A stretch of 64,000 nucleotides of DNA from assembly GCA_950097015.1 (NCBI GenBank), contig CATNEN010000038.1:24986001-25050000 (forward strand). The letters are read 5' to 3'. Below, piece by piece: positions 12,731-23,282 of this stretch. The number at the start of each line of letters is the position of its first letter. Position 1 is the stretch's first letter. Made by a program: the position numbers and the translations under genes. The notes under the pieces were generated by a model. The model saw only the letters and a list, made by a program, of their open reading frames with translations. It was not told the DNA's origin and did no database searches. This stretch comes from Macrostomum hystrix. Lineage: Eukaryota; Animalia; Platyhelminthes.

Positions 12731-13344
12731 ACTGTATAGAGGAGTGGCTAAGAGACATGTTTCTAAAGAAGTAATCAAGAGGGGGCTGTTTGGACAAACT
12801 TTTCACTTATTTTTTACTTAAAACGCCCTTAAACAAACTCTTCACTTTTCATTAATGCAGTAAATAAATAAATGGTGACCTTCACTATAAAGTTATTACA
12901 GAGACGTGAATTGCTTACTGCTTTGCTTTAAATTTCTGCCCCAAAAACAACGGGCAAAAAAAGCTAGTGACAATTATATTTGATAAGTTTTATGCTCTTT
13001 AGCGCTAGAAATTCGAAAAGTACAATGAACGGAAACTATTTTGCATGTTGTTTACATTGTTGTACGCTCATTAAGAATTATTTTTTTTGCGTTAGTAGGA
13101 TTAGTAGAAGTGCAATTAATTTTTTTCTAATTTTCTAATAGTTTTTCTAATAGTCGGGTGGTCTGTGCTATTTTTGAAGGAGTTGGTTAAAAAATGTAAT
13201 TATGAATTATGAAATTTATATAAGCTAAGAAGCATTTCTAGACACAGAAACTGGCAAATAATTAAGCTAAGCAAATTAATTAAAGCAAAAGTTAAAATTT
13301 CACCTCTCGAAAGTAATAAACTAACGCTCAGTAAATAAGCTTCT

Positions 13345-14439
13345 TTAAGATAATAATAGATCAAAAGGTTTACGAAAATACACTTCCTGCACAACGGATG
13401 TGCGCAGCTGATGCAGCCGCCTCCGAGCGAAGTCGTCAAGGTTGTTGAACTTCTCGAATTCCGAGACGGCTGCGTCAAAGGAGCCCACGTCGCCAGCGCG
13501 AGCCGCGGATGTCAGCCGAGTCACCAGCGAGAGCTCATTGCTTTCCGCAAACGAGCTGCTCATGCTAGCCAGCTGCTGAGCCTTCTCACCTGCGAGCTCA
13601 GCTGAGCCTGAGCACAGTAGACACAGACACGACTTGAACAGGTGATCCTTGGCTCCGAATCCCAACAGACTGTGACTCTGCGATGACACTCCCAGCTGCT
13701 CAAACTGCTCAGCTGCATCGGCCAGCCTCCCGCAGTCCGCCATCAGCTCCGCAGCCTTGGTGCGACAGCCGCCAGCGTTGGCCGGACTGTTCTCGCCGTC
13801 CCAGAAGTCCGCCGCTCTCAGGTACAGCCTGATCGCTGCCAACAGCTCCGCCTTATCGCCGCCGCAAAAGGATTTCAGCAGGTCTCCGGCCTCCTCCAGG
13901 TGTCTGGCCGCGATGCTGAACTGGCCCTGCTCTGCGTAGATCTGGGCTGCTCGCTGCATGAGCTCGGCAGCTTTCTTTGTGAACTCGACCTCCTTCAGCT
14001 TGCGGTAGCAGTTAGCCGCCTCCGAGAAGCTGTTGGCCGCGTCCATCTCGCCTCGACTCTGGCGTGAGAACTGCTCAGCCGCTGACTCGAACTCGCGACC
14101 AGCTTCGTGCCACTGCTGGAGAAGCTTGAATTTGTTTCCCCGATTAATCCTAGTAGTGGCGGAACTAAATTTAGATAAATTCTCGTAAATGTAATACGCT
14201 GTAATTAAGGCAAAAACGGCTCCTGCAATAATTATTTTGCGATGACAATTCTTCCTGTCGTTTGCAATGCATTGGACGCGTGAATCACACATGGCCAGTC
14301 TAAGACTGTCTCGAATTGGACGATTGACGCTGGTATGCAGGCTTGACTCTAATCGAACCTTGCTGATCAACTGGCCCATCGTTAATTTGCTCAACCTGGA
14401 AGTGGAACAAATAAGAAGAGGTGGAGTTAAGAGTGCCAT
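13345..14439 (-). CDS. alpha-SNAP-like protein, copy 1, with N-terminal predicted TM helix
   Basis: SNAP motifs EAANCYRK, IYAEQGQFSIAARH, AADFWDGENS, SHSLLGFGAKDHLFKSCLCLL; hydrophobic segment IIIAGAVFALITAYYIY. Confidence 0.88.
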   Translation of the reverse strand: MALLTPPLLICSTSRLSKLTMGQLISKVRLESSLHTSVNRPIRDSLRLAMCDSRVQCIANDRKNCHRKIIIAGAVFALITAYYIYENLSKFSSATTRINRGNKFKLLQQWHEAGREFESAAEQFSRQSRGEMDAANSFSEAANCYRKLKEVEFTKKAAELMQRAAQIYAEQGQFSIAARHLEEAGDLLKSFCGGDKAELLAAIRLYLRAADFWDGENSPANAGGCRTKAAELMADCGRLADAAEQFEQLGVSSQSHSLLGFGAKDHLFKSCLCLLCSGSAELAGEKAQQLASMSSSFAESNELSLVTRLTSAARAGDVGSFDAAVSEFEKFNNLDDFARRRLHQLRTSVVQEVYFRKPFDLLLS

Positions 14440-14475
14440 AGTTATCTACTAATCATCTTGTAATAACTTGCTACG

Positions 14476-14775
14476 AGGGTCAGTGAAATATGGTCTCACG
14501 CGTTTGCCTATAGCTCCAAGGTCCCTGAGCTCGATTCCGCGGCGAGGCCACATTAGTTCGGGGCGCAGTCGCGAAGAGAAGGCTTGGGGGCTTGTCGTGC
14601 AATTTACACCCTTAAAGACAATCTCCAAGGCACAGCGAGCGCGTGCACACTGCCTGACGATGAGAAAGTCAGGGGCTGATGTACACACATGTGTGAGCGT
14701 GTGCCTGCGTTCAGTGTGTGTGGGTGTGTGGTCAATTGTCACCAAATGATGGCCGGTACCACAGTCCTACTGTAA
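14476..14775 (+). mobile_element. SINE family A just upstream of SNAP copy 1
   Basis: Family-A body; repeated at 17313 and 25877 as part of the duplicated unit. Confidence 0.8.
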
Positions 14776-15554
14776 ATAGTATCAATGCTCACATATACAT
14801 AGTTGTTACTGTGATCAGCACCACTCAACGCTGTTGTTGTCTACAGTCAGTCGAATATAAGAAGTTCTCAATAAATAGCTGACCCAGATAATCTGGTAAG
14901 TCTAATTTCTGAGCAGCACCAATCCGCTATAAAAATGGGTCGAATAGAGATTTATATGAACCTGACTAAAGCTGGAGTACTTATATAATGAGCGAAAATG
15001 TTTAACTCATTAATATTTTTAGAGGCCCAAAATGTAAACTATTAAAACAGTTTAAAAAGGGACAAAAAAGCAACAAAAAGTAGTGCAAAACATAATGCTT
15101 ATATTTCTTGCATAATTAAATTTTTATTACGAATATTATTGAGCCTTCTCTACAAAGTACTTTCCTCCTGCATTGGCTAAGAAACGGATGTTTTAATTCA
15201 GATATAAGAGATCATCCATAAAATATGTGCCTCAATTAGCCGCTCCAATAGAATGTCGCAGAAAGGTACAAAATTATGCCTAGAAATACAGAGGGCATGT
15301 TTATTGGTCCGAAGCTGTCTAACGGAAACGGGTCATTCATTTTGCCGAAATATTCGGTTAGGTAGTTGCATAACTTACACATGTTCGCGTCGTTGGGTGA
15401 AAAAACAAACTTAAAGCGTCGATAAAGCGCTGTCGTACATTTTTACAGAAATTAAATTTTGAAAATCTTGGGTTTAAATGAAGTGCAGGCAACAAAATGT
15501 TTCTTGTAAAGTAAAATTATTTAGCTTACTAAGATGGCTTGGAGCTGACCGTAG

Positions 15555-17276
15555 CTATGTCAGCTGAATGAGTTGCTTGGAAACTATTAATTGCAGCTGA
15601 TGCAGCCGCCTCTGAGCGAAGTCGTCAAGGTTGTTGAACTTCTCGAAGTCGGCCACGGCTGCGTCAAAGGAGCCCACGTCGCCAGCGCGAGCCGCGGATA
15701 TCAGCCGAGTCACCAGCAAGAGCTCATCGCTGTCCGCAAACGAGCTGCTCATGCTAGCCAGCTGCTGAGCCTTCTCACCTGCGAGCTCAGCTGAGCCTGA
15801 GCACAGTAGGCACAGACACGACTTGAACAGGTGATCCTTGGCTCCGAATTCCAACAGACTGTGACTCTGCGATGACACTCCCAGCTGCTCAAACTGCTCA
15901 GCTGCATCGGCCATCCTCCCGCAGTCCGCCATCAGCTCCGCAGCCTTGGTGCGACAGCTGCCAGCGCTGGCCGGACTGTTCTCGCCATCCCAGAAGTCCG
16001 CCGCTCTCAGGTACAGCCCGATCGCTGCCGACAGCTCTGCCTGATCGCCGCCGCAAAAGGATTTCAGCAGGTCTCCGGCCTCCTCCAGGTGTCTGGCCGC
16101 GATGCTGAACTGGCCCTGCTCTGCGTAGATCTGGGCTGCTCGCTGCATGAGCTCGGCAGCCTTCTTTGTGAACTCGACCTCCTTCAGCTTGCGGTAGCAG
16201 TTGGCCGCCTCCGAGAAGCTGTTGGCCGCGTCCATCTCGCCTCGACTCTGGCGTGAGAACTGCTCAGCTGCATCGGCCATCCTCCCGCAGTCCGCCATCA
16301 GCTCCGCAGCCTTGGTGCAACAGCTGCCAGCGCTGGCCGGACTGTTCTCGCCATCCCAGAAGTCCGCCGCTCTCAGGTACAGCCCGATCGCTGCCGACAG
16401 CTCTGCCTGATCGCCGCCGCAAAAGGATTTCAGCAGGTCTCCGGCCTCCTCCAGGTGTCTGGCCGCGATGCTGAACTGGCCCTGCTCTGCGTAGATCTGG
16501 GCTGCTCGCTGCATGAGCTCCGCAGCCTTGGTGCGACAGCCGCCAGCACTGGCCGGACTGTTCTCGCCGTCCCAGAAGTCCGCCGCTCTCAGGTACAGCC
16601 CGATCGCTGCCGACAGCTCCGCCAGATCGCCGCCGCGAACGGATCTCAGCAGGTCTCCGGCCTCCTCCAGGTGTCTGGCCGCAATGCTGAACTGGCCCTG
16701 CTCTGCGTAGATCTGGGCTGCTCGCTGCATGAGCTCGGCGGCCTTCTTTGTGAACTCGACCTCCTTCAGCTTGCGGTAGCAGTTGGCCGCCTCCGAGAAG
16801 CTGTTGGCCGCGTCCATCTCGCCTCGACTCTGGCGTGAGAACTGCTCAGCCGCTGACTTGAACTTACGACATGCTTCGAGCCACTGCTGCCATTTTCGTT
16901 GCCAATTGTTGCCAATTTCGTTGCCAGCCGTTGCAATGCAGTTGTCGGGTGAATCACACATGGCCAATTTGTTTCCCCGATTAATCCTAGTGGTGGCGGA
17001 ACTAAATTTAGATAAATTCTCGTAAATGTAATACTCTGTAATTAAGGCAAAAACGGCTCCTGCAATAATTATTTTGCGATGACAATTCTTCCTGTCGTTT
17101 GCAATGCATTGGACGCGTGAATCACACATGGCCAGTCTAAGACTGTCTCGAATTGGACGATTGACGCTGGTATGCAGGCTTGACTCTAATCGAACCTTGC
17201 TGATCAACTGGCCCATCGTTAATGTGCTCAACCTGGAAGTGGAACAAATAAGAAGAGGTGGAGTTAAGAGTGCCAT
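15555..17276 (-). CDS. alpha-SNAP-like copy 2, chimeric, with in-frame internal duplications (573 aa)
   Basis: N-terminus of copy 1 type and C-terminus of copy 5 type; the QRAAQIY...TKAAELM segment occurs three times. Confidence 0.85.
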   Translation of the reverse strand: MALLTPPLLICSTSRLSTLTMGQLISKVRLESSLHTSVNRPIRDSLRLAMCDSRVQCIANDRKNCHRKIIIAGAVFALITEYYIYENLSKFSSATTRINRGNKLAMCDSPDNCIATAGNEIGNNWQRKWQQWLEACRKFKSAAEQFSRQSRGEMDAANSFSEAANCYRKLKEVEFTKKAAELMQRAAQIYAEQGQFSIAARHLEEAGDLLRSVRGGDLAELSAAIGLYLRAADFWDGENSPASAGGCRTKAAELMQRAAQIYAEQGQFSIAARHLEEAGDLLKSFCGGDQAELSAAIGLYLRAADFWDGENSPASAGSCCTKAAELMADCGRMADAAEQFSRQSRGEMDAANSFSEAANCYRKLKEVEFTKKAAELMQRAAQIYAEQGQFSIAARHLEEAGDLLKSFCGGDQAELSAAIGLYLRAADFWDGENSPASAGSCRTKAAELMADCGRMADAAEQFEQLGVSSQSHSLLEFGAKDHLFKSCLCLLCSGSAELAGEKAQQLASMSSSFADSDELLLVTRLISAARAGDVGSFDAAVADFEKFNNLDDFAQRRLHQLQLIVSKQLIQLT

Positions 17277-17312
17277 AGTTATCTACTAATCATCTTGTAA
17301 TAACTTGCTACG

Positions 17313-17612
17313 AGGGTCAGTGAAATATGGTCTCACGCGTTTGCCTATAGCTCCAAGGTCCCTGAGCTCGATTCCGCGGCGAGGCCACATTAGTTCGGGG
17401 CGCAGTCGCGAAGAGAAGGCTTGGGGGCTTGTCGTGCAATTTACACCCTTAAAGACAATCTCCAAGGCACAGCGAGCGCGTGCACACTGCCTGACGATGA
17501 GAAAGTCAGGGGCTGATGTACACACATGTGTGAGCGTGTGCCTGCGTTCAGTGTGTGTGGGTGTGTGGTCAATTGTCACCAAATGATGGCCGGTACCACA
17601 GTCCTACTGTAA
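17313..17612 (+). mobile_element. SINE family A (duplicated with the SNAP unit)
   Basis: Near-identical to 14476-14775. Confidence 0.8.
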
Positions 17613-18391
17613 ATAGTATCAATGCTCACATATAAATAGTTGTTACTGTGATCAGCACCACTCAACGCTATTGTTGTCTACAGTCAGTCGAATATAAGAA
17701 GTTCTCAATAAATAGCTGACCTAGATAATCTGGTAAGTCTAATTTCTGAGCAGCACCAATCCGCTATAAAAATGGGTCGAATAGAGATTTATATGAACCT
17801 GACTAAAGCTGGAGTACTTATATAATGAGCGAAAATGTTTAACTCATTAATATTTTTAGAGGCCCAAAATGTAAACTATTAAAACAGTTTAAAAAGGGAC
17901 AAAAAAGCAACAAAAAGTAGTGCAAAACATAATGCTTATATTTCTTGCATAATTAAATTTTTATTACGAATATTATTGAGCCTTCTCTACAAAGTACTTT
18001 CCTCCTGCATTGGCTAAGAAACGGATGTTTTAATTCAGATATAAGAGATCATCCATAAAATATGTGCCTCAATTAGCCGCTCCAATAGAATGTCGCAGAA
18101 AGGTACAAAATTATGCCTAGAAATACAGAGGGCATATTTATTGGTCCGAAGCTGTCTAACGGAAACGGGTCATTCATTTTGCCGAAATATTCGGTTAGGT
18201 AGTTGCATAACTTACACATGTTCGCGTCGTTGGGTGAAAAAACAAACTTAAAGCGGCGATAAAGCGCTGTCCTACATTTTTACAGAAATTAAATTTTGAA
18301 AATCTTGGGTTTAAATGAAGTGCAGGCAACAAAATGTTTCTTGTAAAGTAAAATTATTTAGCTTACTAAGATGGCTTGGAGCTGACCGTAG

Positions 18392-18746
18392 CTATGTCAG
18401 CTGAATGAGTTGCTTGGAAACAATTAATTGCAGCTGATGCAGCCGCCTCTGAGCGAAGTCGTCAAGGTTGTTGAACTTCTCGAAGTCGGCCACGGCTGCT
18501 TCAAAAGAGCCCACGTCGCAAGCGCGAGCCGCGGACGTCAGCCGAGTCACCAGCGAGAGCTCATCGCTGTCCGCAAACGAGCTGCTCATGCTAGCCAGCT
18601 GCTGAGCCTTCTCACCTGCGAGCTCAGCTGAGCCTGAGCACAGTAGGCACAGACACGACTTGAACAGGTGATCCTTGGCTCCGATTCCCAACAGACTGTG
18701 ACTCTGCGATGACACTCCCAGCTGCTCAAACTGCTCAGCTGCATCG
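18392..18746 (-). pseudogene. alpha-SNAP-like copy 3, 5'-truncated by the duplication breakpoint
   Basis: Matches the 3' end of copy 5 (LLGIGAK, ACDVGSFEAAV, QLIQLT) and breaks into calpain sequence at ~18747. Confidence 0.88.
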
Positions 18747-18748
18747 AC

Positions 18749-21700
18749 GAGCTGCGGACACGACTCCGGCTCAGCCCTTCTGGCAGGACGACAGTCTGTT
18801 CTGCAGACAGCGGCTGAGCAGCCAACTAATCAACTTTACAAGGCGTTTGTTAAGTTCGCTGGTGAGTACGATGAGTACGATGAGAGAACGAGAGGAAGGG
18901 GAGAGCGAGAGGAAGGGAGAGAGCGAGAGGAAGGCAGAGAGCGAGAGGAAGGAGAGAGCGAGAGGAAGGGAGAGAGCGAGAGGAAGGAGAGAGCGAGAGG
19001 AAGGGAGAGAGCGAGAGGAAGGGAGAGAGCGAGAGGAAGGGAAGAGCGAGAGGAAGGGAAGAGCGAGAGGAAGGAGAGAGCGAGAGGAAGGGAGAGACCG
19101 AGAGGAAGGGAAGACCGAGAGGAAGGAGAGAGCTAGAGGAAGGGAGATAGCGAGAGGAAGGAGAGAGCGAGATGAAGGGAGAGAGCGAGAGGAAGGGAGA
19201 GAGCGAGAGGAAGGAGAGAGCGAGAGGAAGGTAGAGAGCGAGAGGAAGGAGAGAGCGAGAGGAAGGAGAGAGCGAGAGGAAGGGGAGAGCGAGAGGAAGG
19301 GAGAGAGCGAGAGGAAGGCAGAGAGCGAGAGGAAGGAGAGAGCGAGAGGAAGGGAGAGAGCGAGAGGAAGGAGAGAGCGAGAGGAAGGGAGAGAGCGAGA
19401 GGAAGGGAAGAGCGAGAGGAAGGAGAGAGCGAGAGGAAGGGAGAGAGCGAGAGGAAGGGAGAGAGCGAGAGGAAGGGAAGAGCGAGAGGAAGGGAAGAGC
19501 GAGAGGAAGGAGAGAGCGAGAGGAAGGGAGAGAGCGAGAGGAAGGGAAGACCGAGAGGAAGGAGAGAGCTAGAGGAAGGGAGATAGCGAGAGGAAGGAGA
19601 GAGCGAGATGAAGGGAGAGAGCGAGAGGAAGGGAGAGAGCGAGAGGAAGGAGAGAGCGAGAGGAAGGTAGAGAGCGAGAGGAAGGAGAGAGCGAGAGGAA
19701 GGAGAGAGCGAGAGGAAGGGAGAGAGCGAGAGGAAGGAGAGAGCGAGAGGAAGGGAGAGAGCGAGAGAAAGGGAGAGAGCGAGAGGAAGGAGAGAGCGAG
19801 AGGAAGGTAGAGAGCGAGAGGAAGGAGAGAGCGAGAGGAAGGGAGAGAGCGAGAGGAAGGGAGAGAGCGAGAGAAAGGGAGAGAGCGAGAGGAAGGAGAG
19901 AGCGAGAGGAAGGTAGAGAGCGAGAGGAAGGAGAGAGCGAGAGAAAGGGAGAGAGCGAGAGGAAGGAGAGAGCTAGAGGAAGGAGAGAGCGAGAGGAAGG
20001 AGAGAGCGAGAGGAAGGGAGAGAGCGAGAGAAAGGGAGAGAGCGAGAGGAAGGAGAGAGCGAGAGGAAGGTAGAGAGCGAGAGGAAGGAGAGAGCGAGAG
20101 GAAGGGAGAGAGCGAGAGGAAGGCAGAGAGCGAGAGGAAGGAGAGAGCGAGAGGAAGGGAGAGAGCGAGAGGAAGGAGAGAGCGAGAGGAAGGGAGAGAG
20201 CGAGAGAAAGGGAGAGAGCGAGAGGAAGGAGAGAGCGAGAGGAAGGGAGAGAGCGAGAGGAAGGGAAGAGCGAGAGGAAGGGAAGAGCGAGAGGAAGGAG
20301 AGAGCGAGAGGAAGGGAGAGAGCGAGAGGAAAGGAAGACCGAGAGGAAGGAGAGAGCTAGAGGAAGGGAGATAGCGAGAGGAAGGAGAGAGCGAGATGAA
20401 GGGAGAGAGCGAGAGGAAGGAGAGAGCGAGAGGAAGGTAGAGAGCGAGAGGAAGGAGAGAGCGAGAGGAAGGAGAGAGCGAGAGGAAGGGAGAGAGCGAG
20501 AGGAAGGAGAGAGCGAGAGAAAGGTAGAGAGCGAGAGGAAGGAGAGAGCGAGAGGAAGGAGAGAGCGAGAGGAAGGTAGAGAGCGAGAGGAAGGAGAGAG
20601 CGAGAGGAAGGAGAGAGCGAGAGGAAGGGAGAGAGCGAGAGGAAGGAGAGAGCGAAATGAAGGGAGAGAGCGAGAGGAAGGCAGAGAGCGAGAGGAAGGA
20701 GAGAGCGAGAGGAAGGGAGAGAGCGAGAGGAAGGAGAGAGCGAGAGGAAGGTAGAGAGCGAGAGGAAGGAGAGAGCGAGAGGAAGGGAGAGAGCGAGAGG
20801 AAGGCAGAGAGCGAGAGGAGAAGAGAGAGCGAGAGGAAGGGAGAGAGCGAGAGGAAGGAGAGAGCGAGAGGAAGGGAGAGAGCGAGAGAAAGGGAGAGAG
20901 CGAGAGGAAGGAGAGAGCGAGAGGAAGGTAGAGAGCGAGAGGAAGGAGAGAGCGAGAGGAAGGAGAGAGCGAGAGGAAGGGAGAGAGCGAGAGGAAGGAG
21001 AGAGCGAGAGGAAGGGAGAGAGCGAGAGAAAGGGAGAGAGCGAGAGGAAGGAGAGAGCGAGAGGAAGGTAGAGAGCGAGAGGAAGGAGAGAGCGAGAGGA
21101 AGGGAGAGAGCGAGAGGAAGGCAGAGAGCGAGAGGAAGGTAGAGAGCGAGAGGAAGGAGAGAGCGAGAGGAAGGGAGAGAGCGAGAGGAAGGAGAGAGCG
21201 AGAGGAAGGAGAGAGCGAGAGGAAGGTAGAGAGCGAGAGGAAGGAGAGAGCGAGAGGAAGGCAGAGAGCGAGAGGAAGGAGAGAGCGAGAGGAAGGGAGA
21301 GAGCGAGAGGAAGGAGAGAGCGAGAGGAAGGGAGAGAGCGAGAGGAAGGAGAGAGCGAAATGAAGGGAGAGAGCGAGAGGAAGGCAGAGAGCGAGAGGAA
21401 GGAGAGAGCGAGAGGAAGGGAGAGAGCGAGAGGAAGGAGAGAGCGAGAGGAAGGGAGAGAGCGAGAGAAAGGGAGAGAGCGAGAGGAAGGAGAGAGCGAG
21501 AGGAAGGTAGAGAGCGAGAGGAAGGAGAGAGCGAGAGGAAGGAGGGAGCGAGAGGAAGGGAGAGAGCGAGAGGAAGGAGAGAGCGAGAGGAAGGGAGAGA
21601 GCGAGAGAAAGGGAGAGAGCGAGAGGAAGGAGAGAGCGAGAGGAAGGTAGAGAGCGAGAGGAAGGAGAGAGCGAGAGGAAGGGAGAGAGCGAGAGGAACG

Positions 21701-23138
21701 AGAGAGCGAGAGGAAGGGAGAGAGCGAGATGAAGGGAAGAGCGAGAGGAAGGAGAGAGCGAGAGGAAGGGAGAGAGCGAGAGGAAGGAGAGAGCGAGAGG
21801 AAGGGAGAGAGCGAGAGGAAGGAGAGAGCGAGAGGAAGGGAGAGAGCGAGAGGAAGGAGAGAGCTAGAGGAAGGAGAGAGCGAGAGGAAGGAGAGAGCGA
21901 GAGGAAGGCAGAGAGCGAGAGGAAGGAGAGAGCGAGAGGAAGGGAGAGAGCTAGAGGAAGGAGAGAGCGAGAGGAAGGGAGAGAGCGAGAGGAAGGAGAG
22001 AGCGAGAGGAAAGGAGAGAGCGAGAGGAAGGAGAGAGCGAGAGGAAGGAGAGAGCTAGAGGAAGGAGAGAGCTAGAGGAAGGAGAGAGCGAGAGAAAGCA
22101 GAGAGCGAGACGAAGGGAGAGAGCTAGAGGAAGGAGAGAGCGAGAGGAAGGGAGAGAGCGAGAGGAAGGAGAGAGCGAGAGGAAGGAGAGAGCGAGAGGA
22201 AGGAGAGAGCGAGAAGAAGGGAGAGAGCGAGAGGAAGGAGAGAGCGAGAGGAAGGAGAGAGCGAGAGGAAGGGAGATAGCTAGAGGAAGGAGAGAGCGAG
22301 AGGAAGGAGAGAGCGAGAGGAAGGGAGAGAGCTAGAGGAAGGAGAGAGCGAGAGGAAGGAGAGAGCGAGAGGAAGGAGAGAGCGAGAGGAAGGAGAGAGC
22401 GAGAGGAAGGGAAGAGCGAGAGGAAGGAGGGAGCGAGAGGAAGGAGAGAGCGAGAGGAAGGGAGAGAGCGAGAGGAAGGAGAGAGCGAGAGGAAGGGAAG
22501 AGCGAGGGGAAGGGAAGAGCGAGAGGAAGGAGGGAGCAGTAGGAACAAGCCACTCATAAAGCGGCTGCTTTTGTGACTGGATAACACGAACATGATAAAA
22601 CCAAGCTAGTATTCTGTAAAAAAATTCCCCAATTGATATTCCCATTCCGTCAGGTCCAAGCCAGAAGATTGGTGCCCGCCAGTTGCAGCAGGTTCTGAAC
22701 GTGACCTACAGCAAGGAGATAAAAACTTTTCCTGGCTTCAGCTTGGACACCTCGCGCAGTATTCTGGCCTTAGTGGACGTCGACATGTGTGGCAGCATGA
22801 ACTACGCTGAGTTCAAACAGCTGTGGGGCCAGGTGCGACTACTGCGCAGGGTTTTCAAAGACTTCGATGCCGAAAATAGCGGCTTCTTTGACGCATTCAA
22901 GCTTAGGGAGGCGCTGAAACAGGGCGGACTGAGTGTCAGCAACAAGGTGTACCACGCTGTAGCTGTCCGATTCACCGACCGCGACAAGGGCCTAGTTGGC
23001 TTTGAAGATTTTGTGCTGCTCTGCACCAGACTGCGCATCGCATTCGAGTCGTTCAACGCGATGCCGAAATGCGACGAGGAGGGCTCGGTTGGAATGGTGA
23101 ATCACGACAACTACCTGGAGCAAGCAATTTACAGCTGA
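18749..23138 (+). pseudogene. Partial calpain duplicate: exon fragment 18749-18861, expanded intron, intact terminal PEF exon 22654-23138
   Basis: Copy of 9299-10105. ORF 22683 has the same protein sequence as ORF 9650; splice sites are retained. Confidence 0.88.
18882..22537 (+). repeat. ~3.65-kb polypurine minisatellite, 15-16-bp unit GAGAGCGAGAGGAAG(G)
   Basis: Directly visible; only ~80 bp at the paralogous site 9428-9505. Confidence 0.98.
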
Positions 23139-23282
23139 GACTATTTTGTGCGCAGTAGAGCAAAGTCAGTACACAACGAACTCATTAACCGCACGTAAAA
23201 AATACAATCTCGCTATACATTATGGATTAAAGAATTTAATCCGCGACACATTGCTTGTCGATACAGTTCAGTTCAAGCATAG

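Larger units (their letters stand above)
10943..12967 (+). mobile_element. Non-autonomous Helitron
   Basis: 5' TC, (CTGT)n near the 5' end, 3' hairpin TGCCC...GGGCA then CTAG. Inserted between A and T with no TSD; empty paralogous site at 24414|24415. Confidence 0.95.

Noticed and set aside
14654-14675. Hammerhead-like CTGACGA..GAAA.GTC in SINE family A
   Set aside because: Only 3 nt where stem II should be and no stem III; the bases form a simple hairpin instead
18709-22645. R/E/G-rich and S/L/P-rich ORFs
   Set aside because: Translations of the intronic polypurine array
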